From Raillietiella orientalis (taxonomy: Eukaryota): DNA of 64,000 bases. The DNA lies in contig JAYWIR010000029.1 of the NCBI GenBank assembly GCA_036172245.1, positions 1,922,001 through 1,986,000 of the forward strand, given 5' to 3'. Below the pieces are notes generated by a model, which did no database searches, had not been told where the DNA came from, and saw only the letters and a program-made list of their open reading frames with translations. Shown here in pieces: positions 53,200-64,000 of this stretch; the stretch's first letter is position 1; every line of letters begins with the position of its first letter. A program made the translations under genes and the position numbers.

Positions 53200-55380
53200 G
53201 AACCTCTCCGGTTTGTTCAAGATGGAGCAGGAGCCTTTACAGGCTTTAAAGGAGTTGTTTAAAGGAGCGGACCCTCTGTTGCGGGGGGACTCTCCGAGTC
53301 GCTGCCTTCAAAAGAGTGCAAGGAAACAAGAGAGAGCGATCTCCTGCGGGAAGCTGCAGCGTCCCTTCTGAATTTCGGAAGCGTTCCTTCGGGGTCCTCT
53401 TCAGAGGAGTGAACAGGAGCGGATCCTTTCCGGGTTCGCTTCGGAGGTGAAATGGAGAGGACTACCCTCCCTCCCGGGGGTGTCCCTCCGGAGAGAATGA
53501 GGAAGGAGAGATTCCCTTTGGGGTTCCCCTTCGGAGACAACTAGGGTGGGAGGTGCGATCCCCCCCTCCTGGGTGGCTCCCTCCCCAAGCGTGAGAGGAA
53601 TGGACTCCGAGCCCTTTCTTGATTCATAGGGCGGACCCTCCCCTTCCCGGGACTCCTCCCCTATCTTGAAGAATTACAAGCACCCTCCGCGGGTGGCGTG
53701 GTGTTAAAGAGCCAAGTGCGCGCCGCGAGGCAAGCGACCGGCTCTTGAAGTACTTAGCGAACCAAAAGAAAAATAAAACCAGAAAAGCAAGAGACTTTGC
53801 CGCACATTCTGCTGGACTGTACCGCCCTCCGACCCCTTTATGATCGCCTATAGACAATCCTGAATATTCAAAGAGGTAGTAGCCTCAAGGACATTTTTGG
53901 AGACTGCATCTACATGGCCCCACCTGGGCAATGAAAGGACGCATCTTGTTGGTATCCTGAACAGAATCTAGAGGACGCATCCGTGCGAACAGTGATCTCT
54001 TCCCCGCCCTCCCCATTCCAAGAACATTTCCCTCCACCTTAGTTTTACTTTTTGTTTCTTTTTCCCTTTCCCTTCGCCACGGAGCGGACCTCACCGGTGT
54101 TTGGACCGGTGACCGACAAAGTGCTGGGACGTGGTGAACCAGAAGGTTCACCACAGAAAAAATGTAATGTACTGTTATTCCTCGGAATAAATGTCCCGAC
54201 AAACCAGGGTGATAAGGCAGTGGAGGGGGAGGAAGCAAACAAAAAGAAAAAGAAAATAACAATCAATAATAGCAATAAAAAAAAATGGGAATAGGAATGA
54301 CTACCGGGATGCCGGCCAAACCCGCCTCGTCCCGAAGCAGCAGTCCTGCACGGCGGCCTCCCTCTGGCGGTGACCCCACCACCCGAAGGCCGGCCATCCG
54401 CCTCCAGTGCCAGTCTATCCGCATCGTCTCATCGCGACCTCCAGCTATGCCATCTTCTCGCCTCTCTCCCCCTCCCCCATCCCAACTGGAGCTCATTCCC
54501 AGCCAGGCACAGGGTTGCCACCACCGCAGCAGCAGCTTGACAGGTGAACGTCGAGAAGAAGAGGAGCACCCTGAGTCTCGCGTCGCTGGTCGATGACCCG
54601 GGCGATAACTCCGAGGGGTAAATACAGGAAAATGAATGGGAGGGAAACTCCTGCTGTCATCTGGAGCAGACGAGGCTTTCGGAAACTCCGGGGCAGCGCG
54701 AGGAGGCGGCAGCGCTCCGGAGACTGCTCCAGCCGCCGCCGTTGTCTGAGCTCTTGTCTGTCTGAGAAGCCTGCCGGCCGCCTGCAAGCAACAGAGGACG
54801 CTGAACGCTGCACTGCCCTTCCTCCTCCTCCTCCTCCTCATCATCATCGACACGATGGAAAGTGACGCTCCGGGGAGGAGGTCGAAGGTCACGGACAGAC
54901 AGCTCTTCTACCCGCTCTTCCTTCCTTCCCTGGCCACGCGAGAGAAGGAGGAGAGGGGGAACGCACCCTGCGCGCCTCCTTTCCTTGCCGCTGCCCACTG
55001 AAGAGGGACACACAGAGCGTCAGCCACCTTTGACACCGCTGCCCCTTCTTTGGATCCTTCACGCGCGCTCTTGGAGAGTCCGGGAGAGTCATGAGCGCGG
55101 AGAGGGGCGAAGGGGCACACGCGACTGGCTGAACCTCCCAGGATCCCTGCCAATCACGGGGAGACCTCTGCCGGGGGCAGAGGAGCTCAAGATGTGGGGC
55201 GCGCGCGCGGGCCTTTGTAGGGGTGGAGGTTGCGGGCAGTATGGCGTGGAGTCAGTGTCTCCCCCCTCCCCCTGCATAATTCGGTGCGCCCCTCGCGCGA
55301 GCGCATCTCGGAACGAGAGCAGCTGCTGGCCGGGATGGTTTTTGGGCCGAAGGTCGAGGAAGGGACCATGAAGTGTCGAA
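53200..55380 (-). pseudogene. Decayed COesterase unit
   Basis: STLHGP..DSTPYCPQ..GLPVIGRDPGRF (ORF 55089-55682), LPLGV..ETQGAPLLLDVHL then frameshift to LRWWQ, RRMAG..AGLLLR..AGIP, LSIGDHKGVG, VHSSEE. Confidence 0.75.
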
Positions 55381-55467
55381 AATCTCCTCCTCCGCACAAG
55401 GGGGAAGAGGGTTCCATTCTCGGCCGCGGACAGGCCGAACCTTCCACGCAGAGACGGGAAGAGAGGA

Positions 55468-55577
55468 GGGGGAGGAGGAGAGAAGAGGAGGGAGAGTAGT
55501 AGTAGAAGTAGTCGTAGGAGTAGTAGCAGTATTATTATTAGTAGTAGAGTGAGGAGGAGGAGGAGGAGGAGGAGGAA
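55468..55577. repeat. Compound (AGG)n/(AGT)n/(ATT)n simple repeat
   Basis: Directly visible trinucleotide runs. Confidence 0.9.
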
Positions 55578-55799
55578 GGGCAGGGCAGTGTTCAGCCCCC
55601 TCTGCCGCCGTGGCGAGCACCTCCCCCGCCCCACTCCGCTCTCCTTCTCCGTTTCTCGCCTAAGTTGCGACGCGCGGTGCATCGGATGCTGTTCCCTAGG
55701 CTGCCTCTCCCAGCTCCTGAAGACCGTGAGCTCCTCGCAGATCGGCAGCGCGGCGGAGGAGGGGGGAAATCACGTTCCGGGAACTTCCCGCCTTCCGCG

Positions 55800-58430
55800 G
55801 CGTCGCCGGCGGTCCGTGAGGGAGGGAGGGGAGACTTCTTCCTCTCTCTCGAGGGGGCAGGCCGGGAGAAAGGGGGAGGTGAGTCCTCGCCCTCACGCGT
55901 GCTCGGGTGGGGGTGGGTGGAAGAAGGGCGAAGGCGGAGATCCTCTTCCTCTCCCCAGGCGCGCCTGCCCCCTGCGTCGCAGCGGGTTCCACCCGTCGTT
56001 CCCACCCTCTGGGAGTCCCCCCTCCTTCCTTCCCCTTCCCTTTCTCGCTCCTGTCCCCCTGCGAAAACAGCCTTCCGCGTCTCCACCCCTTTTCTGCAGC
56101 GCTCCCCACCCGGGAGGAGAAGATGCGCTTAGGGCTCCCAGGAACGAATGCAGGTGCGACGGGGGAGGGAAATCGTCCTTACTTGGGCCCGTCGGCCGTC
56201 CCTTCCCCTTTTCTTCTTCCCCCTCCTTACCTGTCGCGTCTCTCTGGGGAGATCGCAGGGGAGGGATCCCTCCTGGCGGGACGCGGAGGCTGGACGCTTC
56301 CCCGGTCCGCCTCGTCCCCTTGGGGAGAGCTTCGCGGGTCCTCGGGGAGAGAGAGGGGGAATCACCTTTCTTCACCCCGCTCTTTCCCCGTCCCGCTGCT
56401 TCTGGGAGAGGGCAGCTCCGCTGCCTGGTGTCAGGAGCACCCGGGGCCATCAGTCCTGGTGTTTCCTCCCACGTCCTGCTGCCTGACCCAGTGCGCGCGC
56501 GCTCAGTGGCTCCGGGAACGCCAGCGCCCCCCACCTGCCCCGCACAAGCGAATTGAGGGAAAGAGGGGAGGTGCGCCCCATCTACCCACGCGCGCCCTCA
56601 CCAGAGAGAGCAGGTCTCTCCTTCCCTCCCTCCCTGCCTGCACGCTCATGCGCGTTCGTTCCTCGGCTCCGAGGATGTCCCGAGCTGACCTCGCTCTGAC
56701 CTCGTGTTTAGGTACTTCTCGTGTCGTTTGCACCTGCGAGAAGAGTCGCGTTCGCTGCATGGGCGATGGCCAGATCCGGAAGGCATTCAGAGGGGGTACG
56801 CCGCCGCCCTCCGGTCCACCCCTTCTGGCGCGTCTGGCGGCAGGAAACTTCGCCTTCGGGTCGCACCCACCCCCTCTGGTGCTCCATTCCTTCCTGCCCT
56901 CGGGCCGTCAAGAAGATGCCTTTCTCGATGTCCTCTGGCTGTCTTCAGCGCGCTCGAAAGACTTCGAAACGTCTTCCGGCGCCTTGGCGCTAGGTTCTGA
57001 GGAAGCCGCCCGAAGGACTGCTGGACCCAAGATTCAGGGTCACCATCCGCGCAGCTCGCTCGCCGAGGAGCGCAACGCCCGCGAGGGAGTGCTGCATTGG
57101 TGGCGGGCAGCTGAGGCAGCAGCATATGCGCATTCTTGTGCTGCGGGGGGGAAGATGATGACCTCAAGCCAAGCCGCGTCACGCACGCGTCGACCGTACT
57201 AATTGGTCGGTGCGTGCATGCTTCTCACGCGTAACTCACGCTCGAAACTCACGTGTGCATGCGCCGCCCGCTCGCAGTCGCTTCACATTGGTCTCGGGTT
57301 CTGTGCATCCGCATGCTCACGTCGACCAGGATGGCATGCTGCAGCACCATCCCAGTGCTTCGAGAGACAGACAGGGAGACAGTCCAGAACGACGACGATC
57401 GATGACTCGCGTGCGCGCACGCGCGGGAAGGAGGGAAGTCGTCGGAAGACCCTGCGGACATCCGTCCGTCTCTGCACAGTGACGAGAGAGCCAGCCCCCG
57501 GCTGTTGATTCGGAGAGGGAGCACCTTTCCAGATGCACGAGCCCGAGTGCTTCTCTGGAAGTCCTGGATGGTGTGGTCTGGGGAAAGCGGGGGACACTCA
57601 GCAGGAAACGGGAAAACGGAACGTCCTGCGAAGCGTTCGAGGAGCGGGTGCCATCGTGCGGGCGGAAAGGAAATTTCCCCTCCTTGAAGCATAGCTCTCT
57701 CCCACCGTTCCCGTGGAGCGCTCCCCTCTTCGCCGGAATGGGTGGAGGATGCGGCTGTCGGACGCCAGGCCTGCCGCTGCCGGCGACAGTGAAATGCAGA
57801 TACCAGCCCGATTAGCGAATGCCAGATCGTCCTCTGCGTTCTCCATGCCCGGTCATCACACCCGTGTGCATAGGTGTGCGCGTACCTGGCACGTCTGTTC
57901 CCCATTCTGGGGCCGCTTCCGCGGCAACGCCTCGGCCTGACTCCCCCGTGCCCTAGGCGAGGCCGGTTTCGCGTTTCCCATATGGCTAGACGTCTGCTGA
58001 TGAGGACGAGCGAGCGCTCTCCTATTTACACTCCTCTGATTGGTTTCAGGGGAAGAGGGCAGAGGAGCGGCTGCACGGAAGCAAAAAAATCGGGAACCAA
58101 CAAAAAGTCTAGGAGGTGCGACACACCTGAAGTGGCGCTCATGAAATGCCGACATGCGCCAACAGCCGTGGCTGCCGGCACGGCAGCTGCATGCATCAGA
58201 CGAAGAGGCCTGAAAACCACGTGACTTTTTTGTGTTGTGCACTCGTCGATTCCTTCCGCTCTTGTTTATGTATGTGCTTCGATCTCATTTTTTCCGGAGC
58301 CGCTGACCGGCGCCTTCGTCTTCGACGGGGGCTGAGGAGAGGAGCGAGCAAGGTGTCGAGGAGGCCGGGAAAAACGCCGACGAAAAACGGTCCTAATCGT
58401 GGCAGCCCCGCTGTGGAAATGACTTTCTTC
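55800..58430 (-). pseudogene. Decayed COesterase unit with insertions
   Basis: VISTAG..LDTLLAP, RMSAF..CVAP, RRALA, DLAFANR..ISLSPAAAG..ILHP (ORF 57598-57846), WERAMLQGG (57249-57905), HLHSF..PPGWGAL (~56150). Confidence 0.65.
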
Positions 58431-58449
58431 GTGGCTCCCGGAGAGCGCT

Positions 58450-60720
58450 TCCGTTTGCACGATCCCTCTGCTACTCTGTAGTTTGAGCTCTCCACGGCTT
58501 CTCCGCCTCTCTGTTTGCCGTCCGTTGGCTCGACTCCCTTTCCCTTTTCTTGCGCTTGCAAAACTGTTTCCCCGATTCAGTGGATCTGTGCCACTTTGGG
58601 AGGACGCCTGACTTGCAGCGCCCATCGCTCTCTGGCATTCGCCATTTCCATTCTGCCGTCGAACCATCCGCGTAAGCGCAGGATGCGAGGACCTCCCAGG
58701 ACCACGCGCACGTATCATACCAGGGCACGTCTTCGTGTGCTTGCTGTCCCGCGCGCGCGCACTTGCTGTTCGTCCCCACCACAAGCAGCCAGCACGAAAC
58801 TTCCTGAAAACTGATGCGGATTTCATCTTCGCGCGTGTCGTTTTTCAGATGCCCGTTCTTGCAGACTCAACAGGTGCTTTTTCTTCGACGGCGGCGGCGA
58901 ATCAAGCCCTCCCCCTGCCTGCCCGGATACGCAGGTGACGGATTCGCATTTCCTGTCCCCCGTAGGTGTGCACGCACAGGGTTCCCTTGGCGGTCGCATG
59001 GCCCATTCGGCACGCGGTTGCGCTCTTTGCGGTTGCTTTCGCCGTCGCCGCGGAAACGGCGCGAGCGACCGCACAGACCGGAGCTGCATCGCGATCAACG
59101 TGTTGACCTATAAGCAGATCGCGCAACAATACCCACGGCCAAACAATCGGAGTCGGGGCTTGGCTTGGCTTCCTGTCGTCAAGGAGCGGGAAGAGCAAAC
59201 AAACGCGATACGGGCTGTCGTTGCCACGCGCACGACGAGCGCGGCTCCGCGAGGTAACCCTGACGAGCCCGCCGTCCTCCCTCGGTCTGTCGAGAATCCA
59301 CCTTCCTTCGGGTCGGCCGCTGGTCATCCCGAAGAAACGCGACTGTCAGAGTGAGGGACTGCTTTCACGTCGCCGGGAGCGCAGGCTGCACACAAGATGC
59401 TTGCTGGGTGCCCCCTTTGGTCTCTTGCTGCTCCGTCGCTCAAGGCGCGTGTCTGGCGCTCCCGATGAGAAAGAGAAAATGAAAAAAAAAAGAAAGGGGT
59501 TGATCATGGATGCACCAGCGACTGCATGGACATCAGCATCGCCTGTAGGTGACCTCGGGGATGTTTTCCGTTCCTGTCGCCTCGCGGTGCGGCTCGACCC
59601 TTTTGCCCGTGCAGTCCTCGTGTCGCGCTGCCGTGGCACCCACCGAAGGTTGCTCCATCTCTTGCGAAACGCTCCAAGGATCCGAGCTTCCGGCCCTGAA
59701 AAACCTTCGCCCTTTCCTCGTCGCATCCGGGAGAGTTCCGGACACCGTCCGCTGTGGGGGACCGTCTTTCTCTCTCCCCGGTAGTTACGAGCCGCGTCCG
59801 GTATCGACGGAGGGGAGACCCCGTTTCCCTACTGCGCCGCCTACTTTCGGAAAAGCTACTGCCGCCGCCCTGCGACTCTCCCCCTCCCGCTCTCTTCCCG
59901 GCGGCCGTCCTCGTTTCCTCATTCATAGAGTGCGCTGGCTGCTCGTGTCGTCGCTGCGGACCGACAGGCTGGAAGGGGAAGCAGCAGCCGCGCCGTGGGC
60001 GGCGCGGCACACCTTTCGACGGCGGTCCTCTGAGAGCGGACCTCCTCTGCCGAGAAAAGTCTCTCGACCTTCCCTTTGGCGGCGCTGCGTCTCGTCCGCC
60101 CCTTTCCGCGAGCGACCGTGAAACGGGAAACACCTCCGAGAGTTTCGAACCCACGTACCCTGGCCTCGGGAGCGGTCTCGCCGGCTCCACGGGCCCCGCA
60201 GGAGGGAAAACACGCACGCGCGCCGACCCGGTACGCCTTCCGCGGCTCGGCCTCGGCCGCGGACGGAGGAGGTTCTCAAGGAGCGCAAGCGCGCGTGCAC
60301 AGGGGTCATTCGGACGGGCACTCCGCGCAGCCCGAGCGATCGGCGGCCCCCGCTGCCGCTTCTGCTGCAGCACCATCATCCACACGCCTTCGGGTTGTTC
60401 CCTGGGAGAGGCAGCGGAAGCCCCGAGCCGTGGGCCAGGCTCTCTCCCTCGGTTCCAGAGGAACGTGGCGCGACGTCTGGAACCCCGCCGAGGGAAAGGG
60501 GAAAACTGCGGGGGAAGCCTTCCCGAAATAGATGAGGCGGGACACCAGCAGGACCGGGAGGATCGGCGTTGGATCTTCGGAAGGGCTCTCCGGTTCCCCT
60601 GGGAGCGTTGGAGGCGTGGGAGAAGGGCCACAAAGGGGGCCTCTGACGTCGCTCTCATTGGGAGGCGGCAACAGGTCTGGCGCTCCGCGGACGCGTGACA
60701 AAGGTGACTGCGCGCATGGG
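58450..60720 (-). pseudogene. Decayed COesterase unit
   Basis: SQGNRRALP, VRVFPPAG, LRWV (59648), LFPLLDD..RDLLIGQHVD (~59120), TCPG..AMGA..DPL (ORF 58266-58826). Confidence 0.75.
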
Positions 60721-60799
60721 CGCGAAGGAGGGGGGGAGGTTGAAGACGGCCGATTCATCGCTCGTCCCCTTTGCGGGGCGAGGTGGGGTGGGGTGTGGT

Positions 60800-62970
60800 G
60801 GAGAGGGACCTCAGGCGACGGAATTCGGACACTCAGCCAAGACAAAGCATCGGGGAACACCGGAAGACGCTTCGGACTAGACACGGAACCTCAAGGACGG
60901 GTGGGGCGGAAGGGCGAGGAGGCTGCGTCGGCGGAGAGAGCGGAAGCTGGGCAGCAGCAGGCACACCTCAGGAATCCTCGTGGGTTTCCGGTCCCAACGG
61001 CGACGATTGTCCATGGTCCCCGCTCTCTCCGTCCCACCCTCACCGTTCCCCTTCCTCCTCTCCTCAAACGGTAGGACCACGTTTTCTTCTTTCCCCTCTG
61101 TCCAAGTCCCAGTGGGCGTTCCCTGTGCTTCCCCTGGCAGAAGGGGGGGAGGAGTTTTCCGGAAGGGCAGTATGTGTATCCGGCTCGCGGTTTCAAGGGT
61201 GGGAGCTCGTGAAAGTGCCTCTGGACATCGCGAGAAAAGAAAGGCGGGGTGGAAAGGAGCTTGTGGGGACGCTGGAGATGACGTGCGCACCCCCTCAAGG
61301 AACGGAGCCTCGGGCTGCCGCCTTCTGGCAAGAGGAGTCGACGACGGTGTGACCAAAGAGCACGGAAAGAATAAACAAGAAAAAAAAAACGCTCTCCTGC
61401 CGTAAGTCCCTTTCCAAACAGACAGGGTTGCCACGGCATCGTCTGCGTTGTCGCTGGCGGGAGGAAAGCGGACATGCGAGTGGAGTCCCGGGGTCCCGGG
61501 TTTCACCGCCTTCCGGGAAGCCTCTCGAGAGGACGGGTCTTCGGAACGCTCCGGGAGCAGCATCCACAAGGACTGTCTTCCTGGATGTGCTTGAGGCGCT
61601 CCAGGGGTGAGCGTCGAGCGTGGAAACGAGAGAGCCACCTCCTCCGAAAACCAGGAGACGAACAGGAAGAGCCAGCTGGGCAATGGGGGGGGGAGGGGGG
61701 AGACGAACGCAAGGAAGGGGCCTGTCCCCGACTTGGGGTGCGCAAGAGGAGGCACGTTCTGCATCCAAATCCCCGGGAAATCTTGGAGAATCCTCGAAGG
61801 ATTCCCGGGGGACGACGCTCTTGGAAGAAGGGCGGGACATCGCCCCCGAGTCGAGCCGACGCTGCGCGGCAGCATGAGGGAGGGACAGGGGCGTGGCGAG
61901 GACCTTCCCCCATAGCCCCCTCCTAGACCACGCCTCACGCCGAGCAGTTTATTCTTCCGGGAGAGAGGTGAGTGGGGTGCATCGCCGGGGCTATCCGCCC
62001 CCCGCAGCAGGTAGACCGGGGAGGAGGCCTCGGACTGCGTTCAGGTCACGCTGTGCAGCCGGAAGGGGCTCCCTGACCCCCACAAGTGCCTCTCCTGCGA
62101 CCTCAACAGCAAGAAGATCTCGGTGAGCGCGTCAAACCCGGCGCGGTCGCGCTCGAGTCAAAGGTCGATACCGGGAGCAAGCGATCCTTCGAGCCAGCTC
62201 CGCGTGGCAGTGAAGGGGTGCACACGCTGGAGGAGGAGGAGCGAGAAGCTGAGCGCGCGCTTTCCTCCCGCAGGGCGGGGCAGGGCAGAGACTCCATCCA
62301 GATCGCGGATGGGGACCGGCAGCGGCGGACGGGACTCGTGAGAAGAGCGCTCCGGCGAGTCCCCGACCGCCTGTCTTGGGGGACAAGGGAACGGCTCCCC
62401 AGGGACCGGACGGGGAAAGCGGCGCGGCAGCCAGATTCCCACGGGCCGTCGGTGGCAGGCAGGGAGTCTCGGTGGCAAGCAGGCAACCGCGCGCGTCTGT
62501 TCGACGCCCTCTGGGACGACCTGCCCTTCGGCGCTCCCTCTTGCAGCGGGACATCCAAGGGAAAACCCCGCATCGCACTTCCCGGCCCTTCGCTTCCTTC
62601 CTTCGAACACAGCCACAGGCTGCTGCTGAGCGCCCGCCGAGCTGCGACGCCTTTGCCTCGGCAGAACGCCTGATGACGGGCGCAGGTCCCTCATAGCATC
62701 TTCGGTGGAGAGCGAGGACGGAAGCTGAGACGGCCTGACGCCTGACTCACGCTCTGAAAGGCAGGTCAGCGTCGGAGGGATGAGACAAGAGCAGGACTCT
62801 CTGGAGGAAAGGTTGCTACGAAGCGCTTGCTGCTGCGGGATCGCGAGGGACTCGAGCGAGCGTCTCCTGGGAGAGGAAGCAGCTGGCGACTGAGGCACCT
62901 TATGAACCGCCGCCGAGACTTGTTGGAGGGCAACTCACCTGTTCGTCCCGTAGGCAACCTGAGGGTACGC
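60800..62970 (-). pseudogene. Decayed COesterase unit
   Basis: LPTGRTG..PGDARSSP, STEDAM, PVAVFEG, AEGQVV, LDGVSAL (~62295)..LLQRV (ORF 62158-62898), LFGK (60891-61475). Confidence 0.7.
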
Positions 62971-62989
62971 CGAGGGGCGCTCTCTGTCA

Positions 62990-64000
62990 CGATTTCGCGA
63001 GGAAGACAACCGGCCGGTGGCCGATGGTCTTTTGCCGCGTTTTCGGGTCCTCGGAAGTCGTTCCGGGAGCGTCGCTGTCCCGACTCCCTGCGCTCCTTCA
63101 GGCGAGCCGCCGCCTCTTGGTGGAGCGTGGTGGGGAGCACCACTCTTGCCACACGAACCAAGGCGTTGACTCTACCGCGAATGTCGAAGGTGGGAAGGCC
63201 CGACTCGCCGCAGGTTTCTCTGACGAACGGGAGCCTTTTCTTCTCGCGGAAGAATACCGCTCGTTCAGCATGGATACTTCGCTCGGTGAGCCCGTCCGAC
63301 GTGCGACTCTGCGAACGGATGAAAAAAAATAAATAAAATGGAGCTTGGGGGTGTCTGGAGATGGCGTAGCTCTCGTCTTGCCGATGGCCAATGACCCGAG
63401 CAGTTTGGCGGCAGATGCATAGAGTGCGTTCAATCTTTCCTTCCCTCGCAAAGGGACGAATCCTCTTCCATCCTGCAAAGGCCGCGCGGAAACTGCGATT
63501 ACTTCATTGTATGGGTAAGGGGGGGAGGGGGGAGGGAGGAACGGAAAGGAGAAGCCGGCGCCTCTCCCTCCTTCGCTTGGACACATCACACGTGGAGAAC
63601 CTCAGATCAATGAGGAAGTACTCCGCGGATGGGAAGTCATCTGCCGTTGATCCGATCAGAAGATCCGCTGCCTAGAAAAGGTCTCGCTGGGAAAAAAAAC
63701 GCGGGAGGAGACCGCAGTGGGTAAGAGGAAAGCGCCGTCCGCGAGGGGACATTCGCACTACTCCAGAAGCAGTGCACCAACGAGGACCGGGAACTGCTTT
63801 TCTCGGCCCGCATGACCCGGAAACCACCTAAAAGAGATCATGTGTGGTGGTCCAAACAAAAAGGAGGAACGAAGGGAGAGAGGGATGGAGGTGTCCGTGT
63901 CTCAGAGGGAAGATGAAGCGGCTGGAGGCATCAAACTCGAACGGTGAGCAATGCGCGTCTCCTCCCAGTAGCTGCGGAATTCGCGGCATCTCTGCATGAG
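62990..64000 (-). pseudogene. Decayed COesterase unit, C-terminal half, runs off the right edge
   Basis: LVHCF, PLADGAFLLP (~63745), F*AADLLIGSTADD (~63670), HFIYFF, SIHAERAVFF (catalytic-His position, ~63270), ALVRVARVVLP. Confidence 0.75.

Noticed and set aside
53180..53371. Ty3/Gypsy RT-RNase H linker-like peptide EQEPLQALKELF on the plus strand
   Set aside because: No TDAS or other RNase H motifs. It is antisense to an esterase C-terminal region.
57990..58020. Hammerhead ribozyme core CTGATGA (also at ~44147 and ~62670)
   Set aside because: No stem II followed by GAAA, and no closing helices.
62939..63310. Spliced exon of a guanylate-kinase-like gene (good-looking acceptor and GTGAGT donor)
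   Set aside because: The peptide matches the esterase His region and C-terminus better and continues from upstream DG.FL and DLLIG motifs. No partner exons found.
32800..64000. Hundreds of overlapping 60-500 aa ORFs on both strands as real genes
   Set aside because: They are G/A/R/P-rich, mutually overlapping and expected from stop-codon depletion in GC-rich DNA. The only recognisable content is fragmentary esterase motifs on the minus strand.
28990..64000. Cryptic genes restored by RNA editing
   Set aside because: Departures from consensus involve all substitution types and indels, not a consistent A-to-G or C-to-U pattern.

Overview
Eukaryotic DNA, probably arthropod and possibly chelicerate (inferred from the protein sequences and the very short spliceosomal introns). 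There are three intact minus-strand genes: an intronless mitochondrial presequence protease (PITRM1, 5478-8465), a 7-exon cyclin T whose first intron is U12-type (15437-19773), and a 9-exon triple-KH poly(rC)-binding protein (mub/PCBP, 24355-26576). A decayed R2-superfamily (NeSL/Utopia-like) retrotransposon lies at about 11.7-14.1 kb. Main unexpected observation: by manual translation, nearly all remaining non-coding DNA reads as heavily decayed, head-to-tail copies of one type-B carboxylesterase/cholinesterase (COesterase) domain. This covers the intergenic DNA, the large introns and the ORF-cluttered, largely GC-rich 29-64 kb half. I count roughly 30 units or partial units of about 1.1-2.6 kb, almost all on the minus strand. 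Motifs recur in canonical order (G.V.G, FLGIP..PP.G.LRF, SEDCL, GG.F, NYRLG, PGN.GL.DQ..L.WV, GxSAG, RAI.QSG, P.VDG.FLP, LLIG..DEG, GD..F.CP, Y.Y.F, H..E, FA..G.P, C.FW) despite stops and frameshifts. The array shows an internal inversion, a retrotransposon insertion, a probable gene-conversion tract and strong local compositional drift, and it appears to continue colinearly across the exons of the host genes. All motif matches were made by eye and unit boundaries are approximate. An HMM search is needed, and an assembly or in-silico artefact is not excluded.
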